Shown here one piece after another: positions 10,197 through 22,545 of a stretch of DNA of 64,000 nucleotides (position 1 is the stretch's first letter; every line of letters starts with the position of its first letter). The notes beneath the pieces are model-generated. The model searched no databases and had not been told where the DNA came from. It worked only from the letters and a program-made list of their open reading frames with translations. The DNA is taken from assembly GCF_006345805.1 (NCBI RefSeq), contig NC_042998.1, positions 174,902,001-174,966,000 of the forward strand. The letters run 5' to 3'. Origin of the DNA: Octopus sinensis. Lineage: Eukaryota. A program made the translations under genes and the position numbers.

Positions 10197-11837
10197 GTTA
10201 GAAAACATTATTATTAGGTTAGACGACATTACTATTAGGACTGAATGGGAGAATTTGCTGAGTGCTGAACAAAAATACCTTGTGGTATTTTGGGATCTTT
10301 TCAGTTTGAACTGCAGTTTTTAACATAATTTCTAGGTAACTAAAAAATTTTAAACTTCGTATACTGGTAGAATGTGTTTATAAAACATCTTTTTCTCTTG
10401 GCTTTATTGAGAAAATTCTATAGTTTGTAAGATATTTGTTGTTTTTTTTCTTCAATTTCTGCAATTTCAACCAATCAATGACATCTATTGAGTTAAAAAG
10501 CATTCTGTGCCATATGAATATGTTGCTCATTTAAGAAACAGATTGGGTTTATTTACATTTGTGAAGAAAAAAGATACCCTTCCCCCACCCCTAACCCTAA
10601 CTAACCCTAACCCTAAAAGAGATTGAAATGCAATAGATCGATTCTAGGGTCATAATTATGGGGGACAGTTTCATATGACACCACTAGAAAAAACTGCCAT
10701 TCAAACCGAAAAGATCCGTGTTTTGTTACACCTCTGTACATTCTGAGTTCAAAGGTTATTTTTGTTTTTCTTTTTTCCATGATGGAATAAAACAAGTATC
10801 TGTCAAGTACTGGGATTAATCAGTCAGTTAACACAAAAGAGTTGTGGATTGGCAATTAGAATAGTTGATTAGCAGACTCATTTGTGCATCAGACAAAATG
10901 GCTTGTAGTACTTGTTTCAGCTCTTTATGTTCTAAGTTCAAATCCTGCTGTGGTAAGACGTATTGTTCATCAAGTGCTGGGGTTGATTTAATTGACTCAT
11001 TATTTCCTTCAAGCTTCTGGCCTTGTTCCTATGTTAGAAACTATTAATAGAATCTAGTTAGTTATGAAATACCTTTTTCCGTTTCTAATTTGGCAAGCAT
11101 TAAAAACAAAGAAGGATGGGCAGTACGGTGGGAGAAATTTGTAAATAATTGTTTCCTCATTTTGATTTATTTGTAATACAACAACATTCTAAATATTCTG
11201 GGCATTTTGGAAATAAGATTATTTTTAGGAATATATCTGCTATCAGACAACTTTTCTTATGATGTCTCTGGCACATGGAAATCTTGAAATTGTAAAGAAT
11301 GCTGACCTGCAACGGATATAGGATGAAACTTATTTTTGGTTCTAGATTGTATTGTTATTCTTAGAAACAGATGTGTTAAATATCCTCCCACAAAGTTTGT
11401 TTTTGAATTTCATTCTTTGGAAAAACTGTTTATTTGATATTTAAAAATATTTGTTTTTTCATTTCATGATTTCTAATTTCAGTACTACAAAGTCACACAT
11501 TTTGGGATATAGTTGATTAAATTTTGGTCAAACACCTTTCTTCTCCTGGAAAGGCAAAGTTTACCATGATGGGATTCAAACTCAGAATGTGAATGTACAT
11601 AGCAAAAAAATCTACCAGACATTTTGAATGATGCTCCACTGATTCTAACACTAATAGCCTTTCTTGTAAGCTATAATTAAAGGTGATATTTATGATGTTC
11701 AGCCCAAAGTCTGTCATGAGTCAGTAAATCTATCATCAAAGACATTCCAACCTAGACTTAAAAGCAAAAGTTTGACAGTTTATTCTGAACACTTAAGTGT
11801 TGAAACTTATTGAATTACCAAAAGGAACATCCTAGAC

Positions 11838-12529
11838 CAGGCCTAGCCAACTTGAATTATATCGTAGGCCAATTTAATCACAGAAAGTTTTTTGAGGAAT
11901 GCTTGTATACTGACAGAATTGAAAGTATTCTGCTTTCTCATGCTATTATTACAATAATGAATGAATGATCTTTGATTCAACATGAAATATTCATCATCAT
12001 CATCATCGTTTAACATCCGCTTTCCATGCTAGCATGGGTTGGACGATTTGACTGAGGGCTGGCGAACCAGATGGCTGCACCAGGCTTCAATCTTGATCTG
12101 GCAGAGTTTCTACAGCTGGATGCCCTTCCTAACGCAAACCACTCCAAGAGTGTAGTGGGTGCTTTTACGTGCCACCGGCATGGGGACAGTCAGGCGGTAC
12201 TAGCAATGACCTCGTTCAAATCTTTTACACATGCCACCAGCACAGGTGCCAGTAAAGCAATGCTGGTAACGATCACACTCGAATGGTGTCTTTTACGTGC
12301 CACTGGCACGGTGGCCAGATAGCCGCTCTGGCAACAATCATGCTTGGATGGTGCTCTTTACACCCTACTAGCACGGGGCTCGAGTGCCAATCATTGCAAT
12401 CTTCAATTTTTGATAAAATTTTTTTAATGTTTGTTTAAATAAACCTATTTCAAGAAAGTATCAAGTGGGCTGCAAGAGAAAAGTCTGTGGGATGCATGCA
12501 GCCCACAGGCCACAGGTTGGCCAGCTCTG
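11838..12529. mobile_element. Non-autonomous hAT element
   Basis: TIRs CAGGCCTAGCCAAC / GTTGGCCAGCTCTG and a perfect 8-bp TSD TCCTAGAC (11830-11837, 12530-12537). Confidence 0.85.
11992..12390 (-). mobile_element. RTE 3' tail copy nested in the hAT element
   Basis: (CAT)n-CGTTTAACATCCGCTTTCCATGCTAGC...GGATGCCCTTCCTAACG. Confidence 0.9.
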
Positions 12530-12945
12530 TCCTAGACTATATCTTTAAAACAAATGACATGAAGTCACATACCAACATACCTCCAACTTCTGGTTCACAA
12601 ACTTTCTGTCTTCTCACTCTAATTTTTCTATCCCTACCACAAAGGCCTCTGCATTTTGGAACTAGTTGGTCTTGTGCTTTTTCCATTCAGGCATTCCCAA
12701 CTTACACATATTGTGTCTTCTTCTCACACATATTGTGTTTTCATTCAAGGCTCACACTTGCCACTTCATCCAATTTTACTTTCCCAAAATGTTGGCTCTT
12801 TCACATTTCCATCTTTCAACTATCAACATGCAGACTTTGTCAATATCAATGATTTTGGAAGCCACAAAGGCTACAGGTACAATCATCACTTGCAGATCAA
12901 ACCCCCAAAAGTAGAATTCGATAGATGGAAACTGTTCAGAAGCCT

Positions 12946-12966
12946 TGTGTGTATGTGTGTGTGTGT

Positions 12967-13003
<37 letters not shown>

Positions 13004-13007
13004 ACGC

Positions 13008-13079
<72 letters not shown>

Positions 13080-13100
13080 CGTGCGTGCGTGCATGTGTGT
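12946..13100. repeat. (TG)n microsatellite
   Basis: Direct reading. Confidence 0.95.
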
Positions 13101-13407
13101 GTTTCAGTTTGGCAATAAATACCAGACTGAAATAAGCTGTGCTATTAAACCCTTGAAGATGGTGCTCCAGCATGGTCACACAGAGTCAAACAACTGAAAC
13201 CAGTAAGAAAAAAATAAAAGAATCCACATAGATTATTGTCAATACAGTAATTCTGAAATGAACATCAGATCTTACAATTGTTTGCATACAATCATGTTGT
13301 TTATATTAGCTTTCAATTTTGTGTTTTCCATAAGGTGGAGTATGTGAAGCTTAAAAAATTATCAACAATAGTCACTATAGGCTTAAACAAGCACACAGAT
13401 ATGTCAG

Positions 13408-13445
<38 letters not shown>

Positions 13446-13462
13446 ATGTGTATGCTTGTGTT

Positions 13463-13493
<31 letters not shown>

Positions 13494-13632
13494 GTATATG
13501 CGTATACATACATACACACACACACACACACATATATATACTACATATGTGGAAAATCGGTGTGTGTTTGTTTGTGGCATTGTTAGCTAACTCCTCCTAC
13601 ATCGTTTTATTGATTTTGATGAAACTTAACAC

Positions 13633-14040
13633 ATGAGTAGAACTCATGTCTGGAAATCTCGTGACATACTTACATTGTTGAAAAAATCGAAAATACGGCC
13701 CCTGGAAAGGACCTTTATATCTACCTCAAAGGAAATAACCCATAGCATCTGTACAATATTTTTTTTTAAACACTCAAGGGAAATAGCCCATTTTATTGTT
13801 TATATTCAATTACTTTGAATATTGATTTTTTGTGTGTCCTATTTCTAATTTTTGCAGACAATATCACTTTTATACTTTATTTGATATGTGAGTAGAACTC
13901 ATGTCTGGAAACTTCATGACATATGTAGATTATTGAAAAAAAATCGATAATAGGCCCCTTCCAATGCATCCTTCTATCTACTACATATTACTAATATTTT
14001 ATTTAAATAATCCAAGGAAAATTACCCATACCACCTGCGG
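13633..14040. repeat. Diverged tandem duplication, period about 253 bp, unclassified
   Basis: TGAGTAGAACTCATGTCTGGAAA...TTGAAAAAA(A)TCGA...GGCCCCT occurs at 13634 and 13887. Confidence 0.6.
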
Positions 14041-14774
14041 ATTTTAGTGAAGCAATCAATATTTGATTCTCACGATCAGTCGACCTAATTCTGCATTTCA
14101 CTACTCACAGATTTGAACTGCTAAACATTATTAATGCACTTCCTTAATTTGAATCTTAAACATTAAAGCCTTCATTCATACTTTTCTATACATACATATT
14201 TTTTGAATGCCCATTACTCCGTTAATTCTGCATTTTTACAGTTACACTTTTTCCATGACAGTAGATAAATTTTTTATTCCGTAATGTATTTGTAGTGGAT
14301 TCATGCAGGCATAGCATGGATTTGATCTTCGATTGCCAAATTTCACTTAACACTTCAACATTTTTTCTCATGGTAGAACAATAGTTTTTCTGTGAATGAC
14401 AGCAGTTATACATTTCCCAGATGCCTTCGCTAAGCAGAATAATGTCTTTGCCTCTCGCCAACCTCCAACAATCTCTCCATCTTCCAGCTGACAGTTTTTT
14501 TGTACTTTTCGTGATGGAAAATAGACCTTCTGCGGCAGTTATAACGAAATTGCTTTCTAATATAAGAGTAAAAAGGCATTTCAACAGAATATCTTTACCC
14601 CCCGGGAATTACCAGGTAAACCAGCTTGTGTGTATATATATATATATATATATAATATATATATATATATATTACGTTTTATTCTAACTTATAAAGGTTT
14701 ATAATTTTTATCAATTGACATTTTTAGGTTTCAGGTTCTATACATGACTGTTTAATCATGCTATGTACAAAAGC

Positions 14775-15876
14775 CTTAGAACTGTCTGAATTTCAAAGAG
14801 GCTGTATTATGGGTCATTCTGAAGGTGGACATAGTTAGCTTAAAATTTCAGAAAACCTTGGGATCCCAATTTCTACAGTTAATAGTGATTGTGCAATTCA
14901 CCAGAGAGGGGAAAGAGTCCACATCACCTCGCCCAGATCAACCAGAGCCCTCTGACAGGACCCTTCTCTTTGCTAACAGAAGTGTGGAGGATAATCCTCA
15001 TTTCAAGGCCTCTGATATAGCAGAACAAGTTGATGTCAATCACAGAACAACTGTCAGGTATCTCTACAAACTTGGTTACTATGGCAGAGTAGCAAGAAGG
15101 AAGACACTTTTTGATCAGCCAACATCAAGCAGAGAAAAGATTGGGCCAGTAAGATGGTGGAGAGATCACTAGCATTCTGGGACACTGTTATATTCTCTGA
15201 TGAGTCTAGATTTGCCGTATTTCCTGACAGTGGTTGAGTGTGGGTCTGAAGCCATTGTAATCAAGAATTTGATGAGAAAAGATTGCAGCCAACAATGAAA
15301 CATGGCAACTATTCTGTAATTGTCTGGGGAGAAATTTGGAATAATGGTTGATCAGAGCAGGTGGAGTGTGAGGGAAACATAAACTCAGATAAATATGTGT
15401 CCATATTGCAGAAAGGACTCCTTCCAATCTTCTCCGATGGTGAAATGATTACAGAAGACTATTTATGAAAGATGGGGTTCCTTGTCTCCCAGCTAAAATG
15501 ACCAAAGATTTGTTGGATGAGAATGGCGTTAAAAAGCTTTCATGGCCAAACCAGTCACCAGATATGAACCCTATTGAACACCTCTGGGACATAATGGACA
15601 GGATATGTAATAAAAAGAACAAGAAAGCATCTTCAAAGCCAGATCTTTTGAGATTACTGCATGAAACTTGACAAAAAATTCCTCAAGAGAATATTTGTCA
15701 TCTGATCAGTAACATGCCTAATAGGGTCCAGGCATTGGAAAATGCAAAGGGCATGTCTACTAAATATTAAATATTCACGTTATAACAATTAATAAATAAT
15801 TTGAACGTAGAATTTCAGATTAAAATAAATTTTAATGATCATAAGGGTGTCTATTTACTTCTGTTGTGTCTGTGTA
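14775..15876 (+). mobile_element. Decayed Tc1 (DD34E) transposon
   Basis: LSEFQRGCI, GYYGRVARRK, IFSDESR, MKDGVPC and WPNQSPDMNPIEHLWD. Right end ...CTTCTGTTGTGTCTGTG-TA. Confidence 0.88.
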
Positions 15877-16033
15877 AATATATGGGGAACAGCTTGTCTT
15901 TTAACCATGTATTGAAAACATGACTGGGCTCCAATTTGATCTTTTTTATTAATGTCTTGTATCTGTGTACCAGACTGTTATCATTCATTTGAAACAATAA
16001 TATTCTTAAATTCGTCTTTATCCTCATTTCCAG

Positions 16034-16159
16034 GCTATCTCAGCCTCATTTTCAGGATCTCAAGTCGTTTTGGCTTTTGTACCACCTTTTTTTTTATTAT
16101 TTATAGTGGATACTTTATATTATATACACAAATTTTTTTCACCAAAACTTGACTGTTAA
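16034..16159 (+). CDS. Candidate terminal coding exon, frame uncertain, followed by a long U-rich UTR-like stretch
   Basis: Acceptor TTTATCCTCATTTCCAG. Frames read AISASFSGSQVVLAFVPPFF...LDC* or RLSQPHFQDLKSFWLLYHLFFYYL*. About 1 kb free of recognisable repeats follows. Confidence 0.3.
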   Translation, partial: AISASFSGSQVVLAFVPPFFLLFIVDTLYYIHKFFSPKLDC

Positions 16160-17429
16160 AGTGTTGATGTTCTACGTCATTGAATTTGCTGTTATGACAT
16201 GTGCTGTTGTTTCTTAATTGTAGCTTTGTTATGATATTAGTTTTGCTTCCTTAATTGGTTTTCTATTTAAGTGGGGAATTCTATAAGTTTCGGAAATATT
16301 CTCTTGTTTTCCTATCTGACTTTATGTTATGGTATGTAGTGTAAAGAGTTGCAATTTCTCCATGTTTTACATGAATGGTGAATCTATGAAAGAATGTTGT
16401 ATTTGTAAGGAATTGTAAAGATTACAACTTTCACTTTTACTATCAGATTTATAAATTACATTGGTCAATTTAAGTTTGTCCACAGCATATTATCGATATA
16501 GAAGTACTTTTTTAATCTTATTGTTTTTGTAATATATATCTAGTACCAACTGCTAAGCTTAGTATACTAGTTTGTATGAGTCGTTGCTGTTAATTATCGT
16601 TTGTTTAATTCTGTGCATTTCTATCAATTATTTTATTTGTGAAAGAGAATCAACATGGTCTTCTAATTTGTGATTTTACCACTGATATTTTGTAGACATG
16701 TGAGCATACCCTATCTCCAGATGGTATACAAATTTATTTGTGTCTTTTATGTAAAATGGCACAATGTTTCTCTTGCTTTTAATCTGAATGTTTACACCTA
16801 CAAATGGAGTTGTATTATTGTTTAGGATATCAAATTTTACAAGGTTCTTTTTTAATTTTTACAATTAAAAATATAACATCTACATATCTAGTGTATATTT
16901 TATGTTCATTTTGATCTAATATTTTGATTTTTATTATATTTTCTTATATCATATATTTGATCTGATATTGTTGGATACTACTCAAGTTTCACACTTTATA
17001 ATTTTTGACCTAAAAGAGCACAGAGTATGAAACTTGAGTAATGGCCAGCAACTCAACACCATATATTTTCCTAAAACATTAAAAATCAGTAGCATTTTGT
17101 GAAGACACTAACATGAAAATGAGCAAAAGCAGATGACTGTTTTTCATCACATTTTTTCATAAGTATGTGTTAATTACGTTTTCTGTAGAATATTTAAAGT
17201 AAAAACTCCTGATGAGCTGGTAACAAAGTGGTGAATTAGTATTAATCAGCCTGCTCTGCAGAACGATTCCTGTTTTAACCACAGTAGGCAATGATGAAAG
17301 ACCGAGACCTCTGGAGAGATGCTGTTACTCCAAAGACCCGACAAATGAAATGATTTCATGGTTCGCAGTTGATGTGTAATAAAACCTGTCCAGCCCATCT
17401 TCTCATATGTATACATAAATCTTTTATCT

Positions 17430-17815
17430 GTTATTTGTTTCAGTCATTAAACTGCGGTCATGCTGGGGCACCACCTTGAAGAATTTTAGCTGAATGAATC
17501 AACCCCAATACCTTTTTTTATAAATTTGGTTCTTATTCTATGAGTATCTTTTGCTGAACTGCTAAGTTACAGGGATGTAAACACACCAATACCAGTTGTC
17601 AAGCAGAGGGTGGGGGGGAACATGGACACAAAGACACATGTATATATATATATATATATATGACGGGCTCCTTTCAGTTTCTGTCCACCACATCCACTCA
17701 CAAGGTTTTGGTTGACCCAAGGTTATAATAGAAGACACTTGTCCAAGGTGCCACACAGTGGAACTGAACCTGGAACCATGGGGTTGGGAAGCACACTTCT
17801 TATCACACAGCCTCT
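17430..17815 (-). mobile_element. tRNA-derived SINE with internal (TA)n
   Basis: Head GGTTCCAGGTTCAGTTCCACTGTGTGGCACCTTGGACAAGTGTCTT; tail as in 7886-7930. Confidence 0.8.
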
Positions 17816-17837
17816 CTTCCACCTCATATATGTTTGT

Positions 17838-18124
17838 TCATCATTGTTTAATGTCTGCTTTCCATGCTAGCATGGGTTGGACGATTTTGACTGAGAGCTG
17901 GCAAACCAGATGGCTGAACCAGGCTCCAATCTTGATTTGGCAGAGTTTCTACAGCTGGATGCCCTTCCTAACGCCAACCACTCCAAGAATGTAGTTGGTG
18001 CTTTTTACATGCCACTGGCACGGGGGGGGGGGGGGGGGCAGTCAGGCAGTACTGGCAACAACCTCGCTCAAATCCTTTTACACATGCCACCAGCACAGGT
18101 GCCAGTAAGGCAACGTTGGTGACA

Positions 18125-18128
<4 letters not shown>
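17838..18128 (-). mobile_element. RTE 3' tail copy
   Basis: Shared core and terminus; (TA)n at its 5' junction. Confidence 0.85.
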
Positions 18129-18182
<54 letters not shown>

Positions 18183-18779
18183 CATTATCATCATCAGCCA
18201 GAAGGTGGCTAAGACAGATAGTGCTGATAGATAATGCTGATAGATGACAAGAAGCTCTATCACCATGGATATAGCACAATTGTTTCCAGTTGTGTTGGGC
18301 AAGCTACATATTGTCATATCAATAGCTTGCAGTAAACTTCAAATAGTAACTCTCTCCCAATTGTAATTGTTGCTGTTGTTATCTGTAAAAGACCAATGCA
18401 GTTTGCTTTTATGTGTGGTAATAAAACCTCCTATTAAACGTTCGCAGGTATTGTTTAGATACTTCTATATGCAGCCTAAGAAACATATTTTTATTCATCA
18501 ACTCAACCAGCTACCACAGTAGACCAACAACAATGCAACAAACACTCAAGTGACATATATATATATATGACAGGCTTCTTTTAGTGTCTGTCTGCCAAAT
18601 CCAATCACAAAGCTTTGATCAGTCTAGGCTATAGTAGATGACACTTGCCCAAGATGCCACACAATGGGACTGAACTAAGCTGTAATACTGAACCATGCAG
18701 TGGGACTGGACCACATAGGTATATATATATATATATATATATATAATTGTTGTTGACATCCTTTTTGTCTCGGGAGACA

Positions 18780-19345
18780 ATGGAGTTGCGCATAAAATAA
18801 TCTAGTCCAGCTTTTACATTTCATGTCCTGATACATTTCCAGCTGTGGCTGTGTAGTCTTATCCTGGACAAATGCTCCCTCTGGCAGGTGCCGCAAATGT
18901 AGCGAAGACTTTGCCTGGCTGGTTGTAATGTCATAGTTTCTTGTTAACATCTTTTCTTGTTTTTCCATTTCTCCTCTCTCTCTATGTCACTCTTTTGTGT
19001 TCCCTCTTTTACGGTACGTCGCCAAGCTCCACGGTTGCTGGCAACTGCTTCGCAGTTGCTAATATTAATGCCGTAGGCCTTCATGTCCCTTTTGCAAACA
19101 TCCTTGTATCGTAAGAATGGTCTTCCCACAGACCTAGTGCCCTTAGCAAGCTCTCCGTAGAGTATGTCCTTGGAGATTCTGCCATTTTCCATACAGCTAA
19201 CATGTCCAAGCCATCTCATACGTCTTTGTGTGAAGAGTGCAAACATGCTTGGTATTCCTGCTTGCTTGAGGACATCTTTGTTGGGGACATGATTCTGCCA
19301 TTTGATGCCAAGGATTTTCCGTAGGCAGCACAGGTGAAAGGTATT
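18780..19345 (-). mobile_element. RTE/BovB-type LINE 3' coding fragment
   Basis: RRMRWLGHVSCMENGRISKDILYGEL...GRPFLRYKDVCKRDM...NRGAWR. Confidence 0.88.
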
Positions 19346-19370
19346 TTTGAAAGATATATGTGTGTGTGAA

Positions 19371-19700
19371 GACGCATGGCTTAGTGGTTAGAGCGTAGAG
19401 CTTACGATCGTGAGTTTGTGAGTTTGATTCCTGGACCGAGCTGTGTGTTGTGTTCTTGAGCAAGACAGTTTATTTCACATTACTCCAGTTATCTCATCTG
19501 TAGAAATGAGTTGCGACATCACTGATGCCAAGCTGTATCAGCCATTGCCTTTCCCTTGGATAACATCAGTGGTGTGGAGAGGGGTGGCTGGTATGCACAG
19601 GCGACTGCTAGCTTTCCACAAACAATCTTGCCCTGACTTGTGCCTCGGAGAGTAACTTTCTAAGTGCAATTCCATGGTCATTCATGACCAAAGGGGGTCT
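19371..19700 (+). mobile_element. tRNA-derived SINE, second family
   Basis: A-box-like TGGCTTAGTGG, B-box-like GAGTTTGATTCC, then GTGTTCTTGAGCAAGAC core. An inverted copy lies at 49806-50139. Confidence 0.82.
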
Positions 19701-20022
19701 CCTCCTCCTATATATATATATGAACATATACACATGTCTAATTTCACAAGCTGATGTTATACACCAAGAATAAACATTATTAATGAAACTAGTTTAAAAA
19801 TGAAATTCATAATTTTTTAAGCGTTTAATTCTAGAGGTGGTCATAAAATTCACATATGTTGTACTGAATGTGTCATTGTAGGAGAGAATAATTTTAATCA
19901 TCTCTTCAACCTTGAGCGTTGTTATCTTATATTTCTATCTTTATGTCAAGAAGTGAACATGCTATAGAAAGTGTTACATACAACTGTCCATGAAAAAATA
20001 CTCCTCAATTTTCTTTTACTAG

Positions 20023-20125
20023 CCTTGCAGCCACCCTTTGGGCAGCATTCGGGCTAGCTCCTGTGAAGGGCACCTTTGAGGCTTTCGGCTCACTATCGGG
20101 CTGCTTCATGGCCCTCTACACTGGT
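20023..20125 (+). CDS. Candidate exon in an isolated GC-rich island
   Basis: Acceptor ATTTTCTTTTACTAG, open frame LAATLWAAFGLAPVKGTFEAFGSLSGCFMALYTG, donor GTAATG. Confidence 0.3.
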
Positions 20126-20258
20126 GTAATGAAACTTATTTCTGCAAATGTGCTTTTTATAATAATAAGGGAATATCAATACCGGCATCACAGGGATGAT
20201 ATATTCAAGTTAAGAATATTAAGTTGAATTATTCTCAATAAATAAATACATATATATT

Positions 20259-20622
20259 TATATCAAAGTATCATTAGGGACAGAAATCCCCATAAATTCA
20301 TTAAATCAACCATAAAGGTATATCAAACTATACAAATGTACATCTGTATACTTTGATATACCTTTAAGTTGAAATAAATAATGATATATAAAATTATAAA
20401 CGGGGGATAGGTGGACCTGAAGATTGGGGTTGTATATAAGGGGAGGTTCTGTAAGAGACAGGCTGTCTCAAGAACATAGTATACAACCTCATGAAACACG
20501 TGTAGCCGACAATTTTGAACATGAAAGTAAGTATAAAATATAATATTTTATGACATGGTTGAATTTATATTCTGATTTGATGAATTTATGGGGATTTCTG
20601 TCTCTAATGATACTTTGATATA
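20259..20622. mobile_element. Inverted-repeat element containing a decayed hammerhead (Penelope-like pLTR remnant)
   Basis: Inverted arms of about 50 bp at 20259-20308 and 20574-20622. Internal hairpin 20313-20366. CTGAAGA (20417)...GAAAC-AC-GT-GTA (20493-20504). Confidence 0.55.
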
Positions 20623-20627
20623 TATAT

Positions 20628-20839
20628 CATCATCATCGTTTAATGTTCGTTTTCCGAGCTAGCATGGGTTGGATGGTTCGACCGGGGTCTGGGAAGCCAG
20701 GAGGCTGCACCAGGCTCCAGCCTGATCTGGCAGTGTTTCTACAGCTGGATGCTCTTCCTAACACCAACCACTCCATGAGTGTAGTGGGTGCTTTTTACAT
20801 GCCACCGGCACAGGTGCCAGGGAAGGCAGGCATCGGCCA

Positions 20840-20841
<2 letters not shown>
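20628..20841 (-). mobile_element. RTE 3' tail copy
   Basis: Shared core; (TA)n on both sides. Confidence 0.9.
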
Positions 20842-20887
<46 letters not shown>

Positions 20888-21251
20888 TCATCATCATCAT
20901 TTAACATTCATTCTCCATACACTGAATAGATTGGAGAGTTTGACAGGATCTCACAAGTCAAATGACAGTGCAGTACTCTAATGTCTGCTTTGGCATAGTT
21001 TCTATGACAGGATGCCCTTCCTAATACTAACCACTTTGCAGAATGTATGGGTGCCTTTTCAGTGGCACCACAACTTGTAGGGCCTATAACTATAGAAGAA
21101 AAGGAGAATAGAAGAAAAGGAAACTGCTAATTTTAGGGAAAGTGATGAAAAATGGGTAAAGATAGGATGAGAGGAACAGATGTATAGTTCTGCAAGGATG
21201 GTGGTGGCAAGAATAAGAGTTGTCACTACAGGGGTAGGGAGAGTATGGAAG

Positions 21252-21682
21252 TGTAACAGGATCTGGAATCGGTATCACTGGAGGGGTGTCCGATCCGATC
21301 CTGTCACATTCAATTTAGTTAAATATAACAGACGAAGTCAGGTTATCTGGGAAAGACAGCAAATGTTGTTTATTACTCGTGATGGTGTAGATCTGGTGTA
21401 CGTATTTCTGAGGGGAACCGACAGCCGAATCTGTTGTACTGCTTCTTGTTGGTTGGTCGAAGTGATTCGATGTGGTCCGCCGCTAAGTCGGTGCGTAGTC
21501 CTCAGAGACTGCCAATACACGTCTGTTCACGAGGGCTGCTGGGGCCAGAGAGGCTGAGTGAGTGGACGGTGTTTTAGGGGTCAGTTTCCCGCACATGCAC
21601 ATGGGGAAGACTTCCGGTGGCCACCCGGAAGTAGTCCCATTCTGCGCATGCGTGCTGAACCCTACACAGCAGCATCACTACA
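21252..21682 (-). mobile_element. Solo LTR
   Basis: TGTAAC...CTACA ends, 4-bp TSD GAAG (21248-21251, 21683-21686), AATAAA on the minus strand at 21369-21374, CpG-rich relative to the flanks. Confidence 0.75.
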
Positions 21683-22128
21683 GAAGAAACAACAGAAAGG
21701 AAAGGGAATGACAGAGTGCTAAAGGAGATGAACATTGGTAGAAGATGTGGAGGAAAAAGAACATGAACATGAGAGAGTAGATAAGGGTGGCCCAAGGTTC
21801 CATCATAATCTTGTTCCTTTCACCCATCCATTTTGGCTTTTTTTTGCAGTTATCACTCTCACTCTTATTTCTCTCTTCAATCACATTACCTGTTTGAAAT
21901 CATATGTTTTGGGGTATTGAGTATCTTCTAAGCTAACAGCGCCATGGCAAAAGGCTCCCCCACTGATGTACCCACAAGAGTGATTGACAAGTGAGTAAAG
22001 GAAAAGTCAGGTTGAGAAGTCCTTTGAATCTTGTCTTATGGAGGACTTATCAATTTCTCAAGCACTTATGCCATGAAAAATTCACCCAGCACACTCTGTA
22101 GAATAGTTGGTGATAGAAAGGGCATCCA

Positions 22129-22545
22129 GGTGGTAAGGTGGCAGAAACGTTAGCACACGGGGCGAAGTGCTTAGTGGTATTTTGTCTGCCATTACATTCT
22201 GAGTTCAAATTTCACCGAGGTCGACTTTGCCATTAATACTTTCGGGGTCAATAAATTAAATACCAGTTATGCACTGGGGTCAATGTAATCGACTTAATAC
22301 CTATGTCTGTCCTTGTTTGTCCCCTCTATTTTTAGCCCCTTGTGGGTAATAAAGAAATAGGTATTTTGTCTGCCATTACATTCTGACCTCAAATTCCACT
22401 GAGGTCGACTTTGCCATTCATACTTTCGGGGTCAATAAATTAAGTACCAGTTATGCACTGGGGTCAATGTAATCGACTTAATCCTTTTGCCTGTCCTTGT
22501 GTGTCCCCTCTATGTTAAATCCCCTTGTGGGCAATAAAGAAATAA
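22129..22545 (+). mobile_element. Deu/Nin-domain-type SINE with duplicated 3' portion
   Basis: GAGGTCGACTTTGCCATT...CTTTCGGGGTCAATAAATTAA(G)TACCAG occurs twice. It resembles the Deu-domain core GCCTTTCATCCTTCCGAGGTCGATAAAATGAGTACCAG. Confidence 0.7.

Noticed and set aside
13858-13887. 30-nt micro-exon with strong AG and GTGAGT signals
   Set aside because: The donor is part of a duplicated repeat unit that also occurs at 13633; there is no independent support.
14222-14584. 120-aa minus-strand ORF, possibly a transposase remnant
   Set aside because: No catalytic motif could be recognised with confidence.
17205-17250. CTGATGA followed by GCTG...CAGC stem
   Set aside because: No GAAA or cleavage triplet follows; at best a truncated hammerhead 5' half.
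19371-19450. tRNA-like A/B boxes (also at 28500-28570, 30253 and 50060-50139)
   Set aside because: No full cloverleaf; each continues into a SINE body.
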